DNA of 64,000 nucleotides, from assembly GCA_963667425.1 (NCBI GenBank), contig OY763407.1:2201464-2265463 (forward strand). The letters are read 5' to 3'. Source of the stretch: a bacterium. GTDB lineage: Bacteria; UBP6; UBA1177; G963667425. Below are positions 37,837-48,282 of the stretch, piece after piece. The first letter of the stretch is position 1; each line of letters begins with the position of its first letter. The translations under genes were made by a program, and so were the position numbers. The notes beneath the pieces are model-generated. The model worked only from the letters and a program-made list of their open reading frames with translations, was not told where the DNA came from and did not search any database.

Positions 37837-38469
37837 ATGGCTGAGATAAAACTCAACAAGACAGAGCTAAAAGTACAAAAAACGCTTTTATCACAGCTCT
37901 CAAAGTATCTTCCCACTCTTCAGCTGAAAAAACAGCAGCTTCAGGGCGAAGTTGAAAATGCAAATGTCAAGCTTCAGGAAATAGAGACAAAAATGAAGAT
38001 AAAGGAAAAAGAAATTGCAGAATGGGCAATTCTTTTATCTCAGAAGCTGACAATTAACATTCTTCAATTTGTCAGAGCTAAGGAAGTTGTTAAAAGAAGA
38101 GAAAATATAGCAGGTGTTGAAGTTCCGGTTTATGAAAATGTTATTTTTGAAGATACGGAATATTCCTATTTTGCTACACCTGTATGGATAGATAATGCTA
38201 TAGCTGTCATAAAAGAGATAGTATATTTGAGAGAAGAGATAAAAATTCTTCGTGAGCGTTATGAACTTTTAAGAGAAGAGCTCAGACAGACAAGTATAAA
38301 AGTAAATCTTTTTGAAAAGAGAATGATTCCTCAATGTAAGGAAAATATAAAGAAAATAAAAATTTTTCTTGGTGATCAGGAGATAGCTGCTATTTGTAAT
38401 GCAAAAATAGCCAAAGATAAATTGAAAAGAAAAGTACTTTTACAGAAATTAAAGGCGGAGGCAATCTAG
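37837..38469 (+). CDS. atpD: V-type ATP synthase subunit D
   Basis: YLPTLQLKKQQL, NIAGVEVP, KVNLFEK..IP. Confidence 0.95.
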   Translation: MAEIKLNKTELKVQKTLLSQLSKYLPTLQLKKQQLQGEVENANVKLQEIETKMKIKEKEIAEWAILLSQKLTINILQFVRAKEVVKRRENIAGVEVPVYENVIFEDTEYSYFATPVWIDNAIAVIKEIVYLREEIKILRERYELLREELRQTSIKVNLFEKRMIPQCKENIKKIKIFLGDQEIAAICNAKIAKDKLKRKVLLQKLKAEAI

Positions 38470-40325
38470 TGATAGAAAAAATGCACAAGGTTTTATTTGC
38501 GGGGCCTTTAGAAATACGCAGTGATTTTATTGTAAAGCTTCAGGAAAAAGGTGTTGTAGAGCCGGAATCTTATAAAGGAGAGCTTTTCAGTAAAAATGGA
38601 AAAGAGGTTGATACCTCATCTGCGGACCGTATTTTAGCTATTTTTAAAACTCTGAAAAAGTATAGATCTGAAGCTTTGGAAACAGATTTAAGAAAAGATG
38701 GAAAAATCTTAATACATGAAATAATAGAGCAGCTTCCATTAATTGAAGATGAACTTAGAGCGGCAAAAGAAAATGAACTTCAGCTTAATAAGACTAAATC
38801 AATACTGGAACCTCTTGGCGATTTTGATATAACAGATCTTAATGATATAGAAAAAAGAGGCAGTGTTTGTTTACAGTTCTGGGAAACATCTTTAAAGAAT
38901 TTTGAAAAAGCATCATTTGATGGAGTTTTTCCTCTGATTATAAAAGATGATGGAAAAAAGATTTATTTAATTACTGTTTCTAAAGAAAAAATTTCTTTGG
39001 AAGGATTAAGTGAAATCATAGTTAATGATGATATTAAGAGTATAGATAAAAAACTTGAGGAAACTAAAAATGAAAAAGAGAATATTCTTAAAAAAATATA
39101 TTCTTTTGTTCCTTATGACAGAGATATCTATGACCTTTATCTAAAAGAGCTTAATATTGTTAACTATGACAATGTAATATCTGCTTCAATAGAACCGCTG
39201 GATGGTAAAATTTTTGTTGTTCAAGGATGGTGTCCTGATAAGGAGCTTAAATCTATTTATGAAATGGTTAAGGAAATGCCTGTCACTGTTATGGAAATTG
39301 AACCTGAAAAAAATGACAGAATTCCTACTTTTATGAAAAATAAAGGACCGGCAGCAATAGGACAGGAACTTGTAGAATTTTATGATACTCCAAGTTACAC
39401 AGACTGGGATCCAAGCAGTATCGTGTTCTTTTCATTCCTTCTCTTTTTCTCAATGATAATGGGAGATGGCGGTTATGGACTTTTACTTTTTATAATAATG
39501 ATAGTTGTTAAATTAAAAGTTAAAAATCCAAAACCTTCTGGAAAAAGAATTATAAACATGGGTATGGCTTTAACTTTTGGAACTTTTGTTTATGGAATAA
39601 TTTCCGGAGGTTTTTTCGGACTTTCTCCAGATAACAAAATTTTTGGATGGCTGGTTAAGCTACAGCTTTTCAATGGAGGATGTACAAATCCGGATGGATC
39701 TATGAACTCAACAGATCTTAACAATATGATGAGAGCCGCAATTATTATTGGTATTGTTCATATTACACTTTCACTTATTGTTAAATCTGCAAAAAGTATT
39801 TTAGATGAAAAGGATTTTCTTGAACCATTAAGAAAGCTTGCATGGATTTTCGCTATGTGGCTTTTCTTTTTCTATTATGGAAAACCTTTTATGGGAATTT
39901 CGTCACAACTTCCAATTCAGCTTAATGCTATCTATGCGGCACTTGGAATAGTTGCTGTTATAAGTGGTATTAAAGCAGGTTCATTTAATCCTGTAAAAAT
40001 ACTTCTTTCAGCATTTCTGGGTGTTTATGATGGTGTTCAGTTTTTCAGTGACGTACTTAGTTATATAAGAATTTTTGCGCTTGGACTTTCAGGAGCACTG
40101 ATCGCCCAGACATTTAACTCTTTAGCATATGGTTTAATTGAAAGTGGTGGATTATTTATAGTTTTAGGAGCTTTTGTATTTATTGCAGGACACCTTCTTA
40201 ATATAGGACTTTGTTTGATGAGTGCTGTAATTCATGGACTTAGACTTAATGTTCTTGAATATTACAGGTGGAGTTTTGAAGGAGCCGGAAGAGCTTTTAA
40301 ACCATTTAAAAATTTAGTTAATTAA
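38469..40325 (+). CDS. atpI: V-type ATP synthase subunit I (a)
   Basis: QGWCP, GDGGYG, SDVLSYIRIFALGL, HGLRLNVLEY, FKPF. Confidence 0.95.
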   Translation: MIEKMHKVLFAGPLEIRSDFIVKLQEKGVVEPESYKGELFSKNGKEVDTSSADRILAIFKTLKKYRSEALETDLRKDGKILIHEIIEQLPLIEDELRAAKENELQLNKTKSILEPLGDFDITDLNDIEKRGSVCLQFWETSLKNFEKASFDGVFPLIIKDDGKKIYLITVSKEKISLEGLSEIIVNDDIKSIDKKLEETKNEKENILKKIYSFVPYDRDIYDLYLKELNIVNYDNVISASIEPLDGKIFVVQGWCPDKELKSIYEMVKEMPVTVMEIEPEKNDRIPTFMKNKGPAAIGQELVEFYDTPSYTDWDPSSIVFFSFLLFFSMIMGDGGYGLLLFIIMIVVKLKVKNPKPSGKRIINMGMALTFGTFVYGIISGGFFGLSPDNKIFGWLVKLQLFNGGCTNPDGSMNSTDLNNMMRAAIIIGIVHITLSLIVKSAKSILDEKDFLEPLRKLAWIFAMWLFFFYYGKPFMGISSQLPIQLNAIYAALGIVAVISGIKAGSFNPVKILLSAFLGVYDGVQFFSDVLSYIRIFALGLSGALIAQTFNSLAYGLIESGGLFIVLGAFVFIAGHLLNIGLCLMSAVIHGLRLNVLEYYRWSFEGAGRAFKPFKNLVN

Positions 40326-40354
40326 TTTTTAGTAACAAACTTAAGGAGATTATT

Positions 40355-40771
40355 ATGGATTTTGGAGTTTTTGGAGCTATTTTAGCACTCGGACTTGGAG
40401 CAATCGGAAGTTCTGTTGGTTGTGGTATTGCAGGAATGGCGGCACACGGTGCTATGTCAAAACAGGAAGAATCTCATGGTATTTTTATTGCTCTTTCAGC
40501 TATGCCTGCTTCTCAGACAATTTATGGCTTTGTTTTAATGATGATGCTTAAGGGAGCAGAAAACTTAAGCACAGTTTCAACCTTTGGAATAGGTCTTTCA
40601 GCTGGTCTTGGTCTTATGTTTAGCGCTATTTATCAGGGAAAAACATGTAGCTCAGCTATTTTAGGTGTTTCCAGAAAAGCTTCTATAACAGGAAAAAGTT
40701 TTATTGCACCTGGTATTGTTGAGTCTTTTGCTCTTTTTGCAATGGTTGGTGGTATAGTTCTCGCCAGCTAA
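40355..40771 (+). CDS. atpK: V-type ATP synthase subunit K (c), four TM
   Basis: PASQTIYG, SAIYQG and VESFALFA motifs. Confidence 0.94.
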   Translation: MDFGVFGAILALGLGAIGSSVGCGIAGMAAHGAMSKQEESHGIFIALSAMPASQTIYGFVLMMMLKGAENLSTVSTFGIGLSAGLGLMFSAIYQGKTCSSAILGVSRKASITGKSFIAPGIVESFALFAMVGGIVLAS

Positions 40772-40780
40772 TCTTTCTTT

Positions 40781-43411
40781 TTAATCCAGCAAAAACATAT
40801 CCTCATCTTTCTTTGAATAATTTTTCTTTGAATGGTTTTCTAAGCGACCAAAATTTGATTTAAGTCTAAATCTTTTCATCATAGACTTAAGATTATCAGC
40901 CTGCCCGCTAAGCTCTTCAGATGCAGCCGCACTCTCTTCCGCACTCGCTGTGTTTTCCTGTGTTACCTGATCTACCTGACTGAGTCCGATGTTTATCTGT
41001 GATACTCCCTGTGCCTGTTCATTTGATGCTGCCGCTATCTCTCCCACTATATCTGTAACTTTCGCAACGTCTCCTACTATCTTCTCCAGTATTTCCGCTG
41101 TCTGTTTTGACATTGATGAGCCGGCTGATGACTTCTGAACCGCATTTTCTATCATCTGACCGGTCTCTTTCGCCGCTTTCGCACTTCTTGCTGCAAGGTT
41201 TCTTACTTCTTCCGCAACAACTGCAAAGCCTTTACCGTGGATTCCGGCTCTGGCTGCTTCCACGGCTGCATTCAGCGCAAGAAGATTCGTCTGGAAGGCT
41301 ATTTCATCTATTACTTTGATGATTTTCGATATTTCATTACTTGAATCCTGGATTTCTTTCATCGCTGAGAGAAGATTTGCCATTTCAATGTTACCTTTGT
41401 CTGCTGCATTCATAGCCTGTTTGGCTATTGAGTTCGCTGCCTGGGAATTTTCAGCATTGGCTTTTATCTGACTTGCTATCTGCTGCATTGAGCTTGATAT
41501 TTCTTCAAGACTTGATGCCTGAACTGAGGCTCCTTCTGAAAGGTTCTGTGAGGCTACTGCTACCTGCTGTGAGCCGTTTGATACTTCCTGGGTCGCTATG
41601 TTTACCTGTGACAGAACGTCTTCAAGGCTTGCTATCGATGCGTTCGCCGCCTGTTTGATTTTATCAAAGTCTCCTTTGTAGCTGTTCTGCATTTCTGTTG
41701 TCAGATCTCCTTTTGAGAGATTTTCCATAACTTCAAGGATTTCATCCAGCGGTGTTTTGTATGCGTCACAGATTCCGTTTATTCCTGTAAGAACACTTTC
41801 CCAGCTTCCTTTTATTAGTGTGTTTCTGCTTGCTCTGAATTTGAGGTCTCCATTTTTTGTCGCATCTATTATTTTCTCTATATTATCCAGCAGAAGGTTC
41901 ATTACGTCTATGTAGTTGTTTACTGCATTTTTGATGGCGTTGTAGTCTCCTTTGAATTCTGCTGTAACTTTATCCGGGAGTTTGCCTCCGGCTATATCGT
42001 TTAGCGCGTTTACTGATACATTCAGCGGGATGGTTATTGTATCTACTATGTTGTTGACTCCGTTGATAACCTGTTTGAAGGCTCCTTTGTGTCTTTCAGC
42101 ATCCGCTCTCGTTTTTAGGTCTCCGGCTATAGCTGAGTCTACCAGTATTTTTGTATCATGAATTAGTCCCTGAATCGCTCTCATCATTTCTATGTATGCA
42201 GGAATCATTTCGTCTTCTCTTGAGAGTTTTCCTGTACGCTCAAGTTTTACAAGGTCTCCAAGGTGACCGTCTGCTATGTTCTTTGATATTGATATGAGTT
42301 CACTCATGTTCATTGAGAGTGCATCCAGGCTGTCTGCAAGAACCTGAAAACTTCCTTCATAGCTTCCTTTCATTCTCGCTGAGAAGTTGTTAACTGCAAA
42401 CTGTTCTATTACGCTCACAGTCTCATTTATTGGTGTTTCCACATTTTCAACAAGGGTGTTGACTCCTTTTATGAGGTCTGAATATCCTCCCTGAAATCTT
42501 GATGCGTTTCCTTTTACTGTAAAGTCTCCTTTGGCTGCTGCTTTGGCAACGTTATCAAGTTCCAGTATAAGTCCTTTTACTGTTTTCTTAACATTTGCCA
42601 TAGAGTCTATAATGAGTCCTATTTCATTGCTGCTTTCAAATGTCTTTTCACTGTCAAGCTCGCCTTTGATCATTGTGTCCGCAAACTCAAGCGTTAATGT
42701 ATAATTCTTTTGTATGATTTTAGAGATATAATAAACAATAATCATCACGGTAACAATTAATATAACGAATAAAAATATAATAAAAGTTAAACTTTTAGAT
42801 GAATCTTTATGAATACTTGATGCAATCATATTAACATCTTTCTGTATATTATCAATATAAGCACCAGTTCCAATGAACATATCTGTTCCGTCAATCGGCA
42901 TTGCATAACTTAATTTAGGTTGCAATCCAGATCCTGGTTTTTCAAAATGATATTTTACAAAGCCTCCGCCGTTTTTTGCGGCTTTAGCTAAGTCGGCAAT
43001 AATAGTTACACCGTTGGTATCTTTTAAATCAATATAATTTTTACCATTTGTTTCTGGATTGACTGGGTAACTAACCCTATTACCCGAATAGTCATATATG
43101 AAAAAATAACCTGATTTGTCGTCGAAAAATCTTACTGGATTGGTGACATTTCTCATAACACTAACTTTTTTCTCAGGAGAAAGATTTTTGATTTTATCAT
43201 TTATAAGAGAAAGTTCAGCCTCAACTAGAGATTTTAGTTTTCCTTCATTTTCATGATAAATATGCTCTTCGACACTTGGAAGTATTGTCTTATTTATCAA
43301 GTTTTGATTTGATATGTAAAAAGTAATTAGTAAAAGAAGCATACCTGTTAAAGGCATTGCCGCTACAATAATAAGTTGGTTTATCAATTTCATTCCGGAA
43401 ATTTTTCTCAT
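40781..43411 (-). CDS. Methyl-accepting chemotaxis protein with Cache sensor and multiple HAMP-like domains
   Basis: TM-Cache ([22 protein letters not shown])-TM; [20 protein letters not shown]; ATG at 43411 follows GAGGAG. Confidence 0.95.
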   Translation of the reverse strand: MRKISGMKLINQLIIVAAMPLTGMLLLLITFYISNQNLINKTILPSVEEHIYHENEGKLKSLVEAELSLINDKIKNLSPEKKVSVMRNVTNPVRFFDDKSGYFFIYDYSGNRVSYPVNPETNGKNYIDLKDTNGVTIIADLAKAAKNGGGFVKYHFEKPGSGLQPKLSYAMPIDGTDMFIGTGAYIDNIQKDVNMIASSIHKDSSKSLTFIIFLFVILIVTVMIIVYYISKIIQKNYTLTLEFADTMIKGELDSEKTFESSNEIGLIIDSMANVKKTVKGLILELDNVAKAAAKGDFTVKGNASRFQGGYSDLIKGVNTLVENVETPINETVSVIEQFAVNNFSARMKGSYEGSFQVLADSLDALSMNMSELISISKNIADGHLGDLVKLERTGKLSREDEMIPAYIEMMRAIQGLIHDTKILVDSAIAGDLKTRADAERHKGAFKQVINGVNNIVDTITIPLNVSVNALNDIAGGKLPDKVTAEFKGDYNAIKNAVNNYIDVMNLLLDNIEKIIDATKNGDLKFRASRNTLIKGSWESVLTGINGICDAYKTPLDEILEVMENLSKGDLTTEMQNSYKGDFDKIKQAANASIASLEDVLSQVNIATQEVSNGSQQVAVASQNLSEGASVQASSLEEISSSMQQIASQIKANAENSQAANSIAKQAMNAADKGNIEMANLLSAMKEIQDSSNEISKIIKVIDEIAFQTNLLALNAAVEAARAGIHGKGFAVVAEEVRNLAARSAKAAKETGQMIENAVQKSSAGSSMSKQTAEILEKIVGDVAKVTDIVGEIAAASNEQAQGVSQINIGLSQVDQVTQENTASAEESAAASEELSGQADNLKSMMKRFRLKSNFGRLENHSKKNYSKKDEDMFLLD

Positions 43412-43577
43412 GCTGGCACTCCTCATAGAATAAAATATCTTACATTACTATACAATAATATTTAATATTTTAATAAAGTGAATTTTTCGTACATTTTATT
43501 TTATTAAAAACATTTGATACACAGCTCTTGTCTTGTTTAAATCTAAAAGTATAATTCATTTGTTTTGAGGAGGCTTT

Positions 43578-45332
43578 ATGAACAAACTTCTTTTAGAAAA
43601 ATTAAATGTTAAGCAAATACCTGAAGAAAATGGTGTTTATTTTTTTATTAATAAAAAAGAAGAGATCATTTATGTTGGAAAAGCTATTAATTTAAGAAAG
43701 AGAATAACCCAATATATAAAAAGACATGATACAAGAAGACAAATCTTTTTTTTAATGGAAGAGGCTGTTTCTGTAGCTTTTATAGTTGTTTCTAACGAAA
43801 AAGAATCTTTAATTTTTGAAAATAGAAAAATAAAGGAACTTCAGCCTAAATATAATATTGATTTACGAGATGATAAAAGTTACCCGTATATTGCCTTTAC
43901 AGATGAAGAATTTCCTGCTCTGGTGATAACACGGACTCCATGGAAAAAATATTTATTTAAAAGAGGACCTTTTATTGATGCAATGCTTCTTCGGAGGCTT
44001 TTAAGGGTAATAAATGTTGTCATTCCTATTCGTAAATGTTCTAAAATGAAAAAAGAGCCATGTCTTAATTTTCAGTTAGGTCTTTGTCCCGGAGTTTGTG
44101 TTGGAAATATTTCTGTTTACGAATATATGGAAAGTGTTAATAAAATAATAGCTCTTTTAAAAGGTAGTGGTTGGAAAAATCTTTCTATGGAAATAAAAAA
44201 TAAGATGATGGATGCAGCAGAAAACCTTAATTTTGAAAGAGCGGCACTTCTTAGAGACTCTTTAAAGCTTATACCTGTTTTAAAAGAGAAACTGGGAATA
44301 GAAGTAAAATCTGTAAAAGATGAAAAGCATTATCTTTTTGAAAAAAATGAAAAAGGATTTTATGTTGTATCAGCATTGTATTCTGAAAGTGTTCTTAAAA
44401 AAATAGATATTTATTTTAAAGAAAGTATTTCTGAATCAATAGAAAGTGATATTCTTACATATTTTACTTTCCAGAGCGAATCTTCATCTTTGCCTGATAG
44501 AATAGGTTTTTTTCCAGAAAACATTGTAGATAAAGAACTTGTTTGTGCGTCTGTCGGCAGAGACTTGAAAATATTGAAGACGGATGCTGCAGTGTTGGAA
44601 ATTTTAAATAAAAATATGGCAAGCAAAATTGCCGGAGAAAGAATTGCTGATAATGAAATTAACAAACTTCTTAAAGCTTTTTCTATTTTGGCAGAAAAAG
44701 AAGTTCATTCTATTGCTTGCGTTGATATTTCCAATTTTTATGATGATTTTAATGTTGCAAGTCTTGTTTTTTGGGAGAATGGAAAATTTCTAAAAAAACA
44801 CTACAGACTTTTTAAAGTAAAAACGGTTATTGGTCCAGATGATTTTTCAAGTATGCATGAAGTTGTAGAAAGAGCTGTTAATAAATGGTTTTCTGATGAA
44901 TGGAAAAAGCCTGATATTCTTTTTATCGATGGTGGAAAAGGGCAACTCTCTGCTATAAGTGATATAAATGAGCTTCCTTTCGTGATTGGAATCGTTAAAG
45001 ACAGAAAGAAGGAGCGTGGGTTTGAGAAAATGATTTTTATGGATGGAAAAGAAGTTTTTCTGGATAATAGTACGGCATCCTTACTCATAAAAAAAATTAG
45101 AGATGAAGCTCATAGATTTGGAATAAGCTATAATAGAAATCTTCAAAGAGATAAAATACAATCACAGATTTCCGAAATAAAAGGAGTGGGACCGGAGAAA
45201 GAAAAAAGTCTTATAAATACTTTTGGTACAATAGAAGATTTAAAAAAAGCATCTATAGAGGAAATACGGAAGGCGCCGCTTATTTCTGAAAATCTTGCAA
45301 ATCAGATATATAATTTTTTTCACAAACAATAA
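43578..45332 (+). CDS. uvrC: Excinuclease ABC subunit C
   Basis: GVY...YVGKA GIY-YIG, DDKSYPY, FERAA..RD, DIS, DGGKGQL, IRDEAHRF, HhH GVG. Confidence 0.96.
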   Translation: MNKLLLEKLNVKQIPEENGVYFFINKKEEIIYVGKAINLRKRITQYIKRHDTRRQIFFLMEEAVSVAFIVVSNEKESLIFENRKIKELQPKYNIDLRDDKSYPYIAFTDEEFPALVITRTPWKKYLFKRGPFIDAMLLRRLLRVINVVIPIRKCSKMKKEPCLNFQLGLCPGVCVGNISVYEYMESVNKIIALLKGSGWKNLSMEIKNKMMDAAENLNFERAALLRDSLKLIPVLKEKLGIEVKSVKDEKHYLFEKNEKGFYVVSALYSESVLKKIDIYFKESISESIESDILTYFTFQSESSSLPDRIGFFPENIVDKELVCASVGRDLKILKTDAAVLEILNKNMASKIAGERIADNEINKLLKAFSILAEKEVHSIACVDISNFYDDFNVASLVFWENGKFLKKHYRLFKVKTVIGPDDFSSMHEVVERAVNKWFSDEWKKPDILFIDGGKGQLSAISDINELPFVIGIVKDRKKERGFEKMIFMDGKEVFLDNSTASLLIKKIRDEAHRFGISYNRNLQRDKIQSQISEIKGVGPEKEKSLINTFGTIEDLKKASIEEIRKAPLISENLANQIYNFFHKQ

Positions 45333-45462
45333 AAAACTTCTTATACATATTTTTTTATATTTATTTCAATAAAATTTATTGATTTATTAAAAATTTGATG
45401 TTAAAACAATATTGCTGACTTTTTTATTTAATAATGTTTTATAAATTGCAAATAAGCGGCAA

Positions 45463-46011
45463 ATGAAAAAAGCGTTTTTTTTCATACTTATTTTTGTTAT
45501 ATTTTTTATAATATCTTGTGAAAAAGATGATTTTGCTGATTATGCCCTGATAGATCGTTCGTGCAATTTCCATGATATTATAAGTAGTGACAAAAAGATT
45601 TCATCTCTTGTGGACGAACATTATGTTTATGATTTTATGAATTATCTAAATAGCTCAGCAGCAATTGCAAGCGGAGAATCTGAGAAAATATATATATTCC
45701 CTATTGTACAAAATGAACACAGTATGAAGCTTATTGTCAGACAAAAGCTTACATCAGATCCCACTGTGGATTTTTATATTAAAGCGACTGTTGATTCGGA
45801 AAATAGACTGATAATATATGAAAAATTGAATTATTCTGATTCGGAAGGAGATGACGGGTCTCTCTGCTGGGCAACATTTTTAATAGAAATAAAAGAAATA
45901 AATATAGATTTAACTACAATTAATAAAATACAACTTTGTCTTGATGGGCTTTGTTTTTGTGAAACTGATTCTGAAAATGTTGATTATATCTGTAATTCTT
46001 TGATGGAATAG
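45463..46011 (+). CDS. Lipoprotein of unknown function
   Basis: MKKAFFFILIFVIFFIISC lipobox. Confidence 0.72.
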   Translation: MKKAFFFILIFVIFFIISCEKDDFADYALIDRSCNFHDIISSDKKISSLVDEHYVYDFMNYLNSSAAIASGESEKIYIFPIVQNEHSMKLIVRQKLTSDPTVDFYIKATVDSENRLIIYEKLNYSDSEGDDGSLCWATFLIEIKEINIDLTTINKIQLCLDGLCFCETDSENVDYICNSLME

Positions 46012-46103
46012 CAGATTTCATTTTTAAATTTATTCATAAAATTGTAAAAGATAAAATCACCTATATAATTTACAGCAGTTTTTTGATTATTAGGAGGAAA
46101 TGT

Positions 46104-47081
46104 ATGCGTTCACTTTCTGGTATAAAACCTACAGGAACACTTCATATAGGCAATTATTTTGGTGCAGCTAAACAATTTGTCGATATGCAATCAAAATATG
46201 AGGGTTTTTATTTTATAGCTGACTATCACACATTAAATACGCTCCCTGTTCCTGAAATTTTAAGAAAAAACAGCGAAGAAATAGTTCTTGATTATCTTGC
46301 TTTTGGTCTTGATCCTGAAAAATCTACAATATTTCTTCAGTCAGAAGTTCCTGAGGTTACAGAACTTGCGTTTATTTTAGGTAATGTAACTCCAATGGGC
46401 CTTCTTCAAAGAGCACATAGTTACAAAGATAAAACAGCAAAAGGTGAGCTTATCAACATGGGACTTTTTTATTATCCTCTTTTGATGGCTGCTGATATCC
46501 TGCTTTATGATTCAGATGTTGTTCCAGTCGGAAAGGATCAGAAACAGCATGTTGAAATAGCAAGAGATATAGCTATAAAGTTTAATCAACAGTATAATCA
46601 GGATGTTTTTAAGTTGCCGGAACCACTTATTCAGGATTCTGTAGCTGTTGTTACAGGTACAGATGGAAGAAAAATGTCAAAAAGTTATCAGAATACAATA
46701 GAAATGTTTGCTCCATTAAAAGAGTTTAAAAAACAAATAATGGGAATTGTTACAGATTCTACTCCATTGGAAGAGCCTAAAGATCCTGATGCATGCAATA
46801 TTTACAATATATATAAGCTTTTTGCTAATCTTTCGGAAGTAGAGGAGATGGCAAAGAATTTCCGTTCAGGAGGTTATGGTTATGGTCATGCAAAAAAAGC
46901 TCTTTTTGAAGCTATGCTTGCATATTTTGAACCTATGAGGAAAAAAAGAGAAGAGCTTTCTCAAAATCATGACTATATAGAAAGAACCATAAAAGAGGGT
47001 TCTGAGAAAGCCAGAGATTTTGCTATAGATAAAATTAAAAAAGTTAAAAAAGTTTGCGGACTTAAAGGAAATATATATTAA
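46104..47081 (+). CDS. trpS: Tryptophan--tRNA ligase
   Basis: SGIKPTG.LHIGNY, YPLLMAADIL, VPVGKDQKQH, KMSKS; ATG after AGGAGG. Confidence 0.97.
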   Translation: MRSLSGIKPTGTLHIGNYFGAAKQFVDMQSKYEGFYFIADYHTLNTLPVPEILRKNSEEIVLDYLAFGLDPEKSTIFLQSEVPEVTELAFILGNVTPMGLLQRAHSYKDKTAKGELINMGLFYYPLLMAADILLYDSDVVPVGKDQKQHVEIARDIAIKFNQQYNQDVFKLPEPLIQDSVAVVTGTDGRKMSKSYQNTIEMFAPLKEFKKQIMGIVTDSTPLEEPKDPDACNIYNIYKLFANLSEVEEMAKNFRSGGYGYGHAKKALFEAMLAYFEPMRKKREELSQNHDYIERTIKEGSEKARDFAIDKIKKVKKVCGLKGNIY

Positions 47082-47509
47082 ATTTTTTCTTTATTTATTA
47101 TAAATTCAACTCCATCAATAAACATTCTAAGTTCTGCTATAGCTTTTTCTGAACCGTTTTTAGCTTCAATAAGTTTTTTTAAAGCATTTTTTATCATTTC
47201 ATTTTTAAATACTTCTTTTAAAAGTAGTTTATCTTCTTCATCAAGCTTTTTTTCTGTTTCTATTTCTGAAAAATCATATGACGAAGCTTTTTTATTTTTT
47301 ATAAACATAGGTTCTTCTTCAAGTAGCGTCCATCTTAAATTAATATTTAATTTTTTCTCGAGTAAAATTGCTATTTCTGCTGTAACTTTAAGATGTCCAA
47401 CTTCAAGATCTCTTATTTTTGCATGAGTAAAATCAAGTTTTTCAGCAAATTCTTTCTGAGTTAAATTGAAAAATTGTCTTATTTTTTTTATTCTCTCATA
47501 TGATTCCAT
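47078..47509 (-). CDS. XRE-family helix-turn-helix regulator
   Basis: RIKKIRQFFNLTQKEFAEKL...E.G...INLRW.L. Confidence 0.88.
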   Translation of the reverse strand: MESYERIKKIRQFFNLTQKEFAEKLDFTHAKIRDLEVGHLKVTAEIAILLEKKLNINLRWTLLEEEPMFIKNKKASSYDFSEIETEKKLDEEDKLLLKEVFKNEMIKNALKKLIEAKNGSEKAIAELRMFIDGVEFIINKEKI

Positions 47510-47537
47510 GTTACACCTAAAAAAGTTATAAATTTTG

Positions 47538-47566
47538 TTGACAATATATAAAAAATTATATATTGT
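47538..47566 (+). promoter_or_regulatory. Sigma70 promoter with overlapping palindromic operator
   Basis: TTGACA-17 nt-TATTGT overlapped by CAATATATAA-AAAA-TTATATATTG (47542-47565). Confidence 0.65.
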
Positions 47567-47677
47567 GGCTATGAGGTAGAATTATGCCTCATAAATGAAT
47601 GCGTCTTTTGAAAGAACAACATATTGCAATAGTGATTTTGCAATTAATATGCCGTCTTTGATTATAGGAGAAGTGCC

Positions 47678-48007
47678 TTGAAAGATTCAACGTTAAAATC
47701 CATGATAGAAAATAGGCGTGATATTGATAATAAAATAGCTTTAATTACAGGGGTTTTGCCTGAAGAGGTTTCCAGTAAAACTGATTATGAAATAATTTTT
47801 GAAATAGGTTACAGAGAAGGCTTTATGGCAAGTTTTCAGAGAGATATTGATAATAATGATCCCAATAATGTAAAGTTTATTACACTTAAAGCAATTGTTG
47901 GACTTTTGAGAATACATAATTTTGATGAAGCTGTAGAACTTATCAGAAGCTATGTTCGAGGAGATAATGAGGCTTTGAAAGAAATATTTAAGAAGAAAGA
48001 GTATTGA
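47678..48007 (+). CDS. Hypothetical protein divergent from the XRE regulator
   Basis: 109-aa ORF, TTG start after AGGAG. Confidence 0.68.
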   Translation: MKDSTLKSMIENRRDIDNKIALITGVLPEEVSSKTDYEIIFEIGYREGFMASFQRDIDNNDPNNVKFITLKAIVGLLRIHNFDEAVELIRSYVRGDNEALKEIFKKKEY

Positions 48008-48186
48008 TTTTTTGTTATTAATGTTATAGCAATTTATACATCTTTGTTTTTTTGTAAAAAAGAATTTACATAAAACTTTTTTAGTTTGAGTTTTTATGAA
48101 ATGTTTTCTTTTTATGTTTTTGAATAAACAGAGAAATTTGTTTCTTAAGGTTGTTTTTACTGGTATAGAAATCTTTATATTAATAG

Positions 48187-48215
48187 TTGACAACAGTTCT
48201 TTTTTTATATATCTT
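48187..48215 (+). promoter_or_regulatory. Putative sigma70 promoter
   Basis: TTGACA-17 nt-TATCTT upstream of the chemoreceptor gene. Confidence 0.45.
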
Positions 48216-48282
48216 CAGTTGCACACTTTAGATTTTGTTTAGTTTTTTTGTTTTAATATTGTTGGCGTTTTAGGAGGAGTAA

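Noticed and set aside
47078-48007. Intact prophage or toxin-antitoxin module
   Set aside because: No integrase, structural genes, att sites or recognisable toxin motif.
47741-48193. 150-aa minus-strand ORF
   Set aside because: Overlaps the better-supported 47678-48007 gene; K/F/N/I low-complexity composition.
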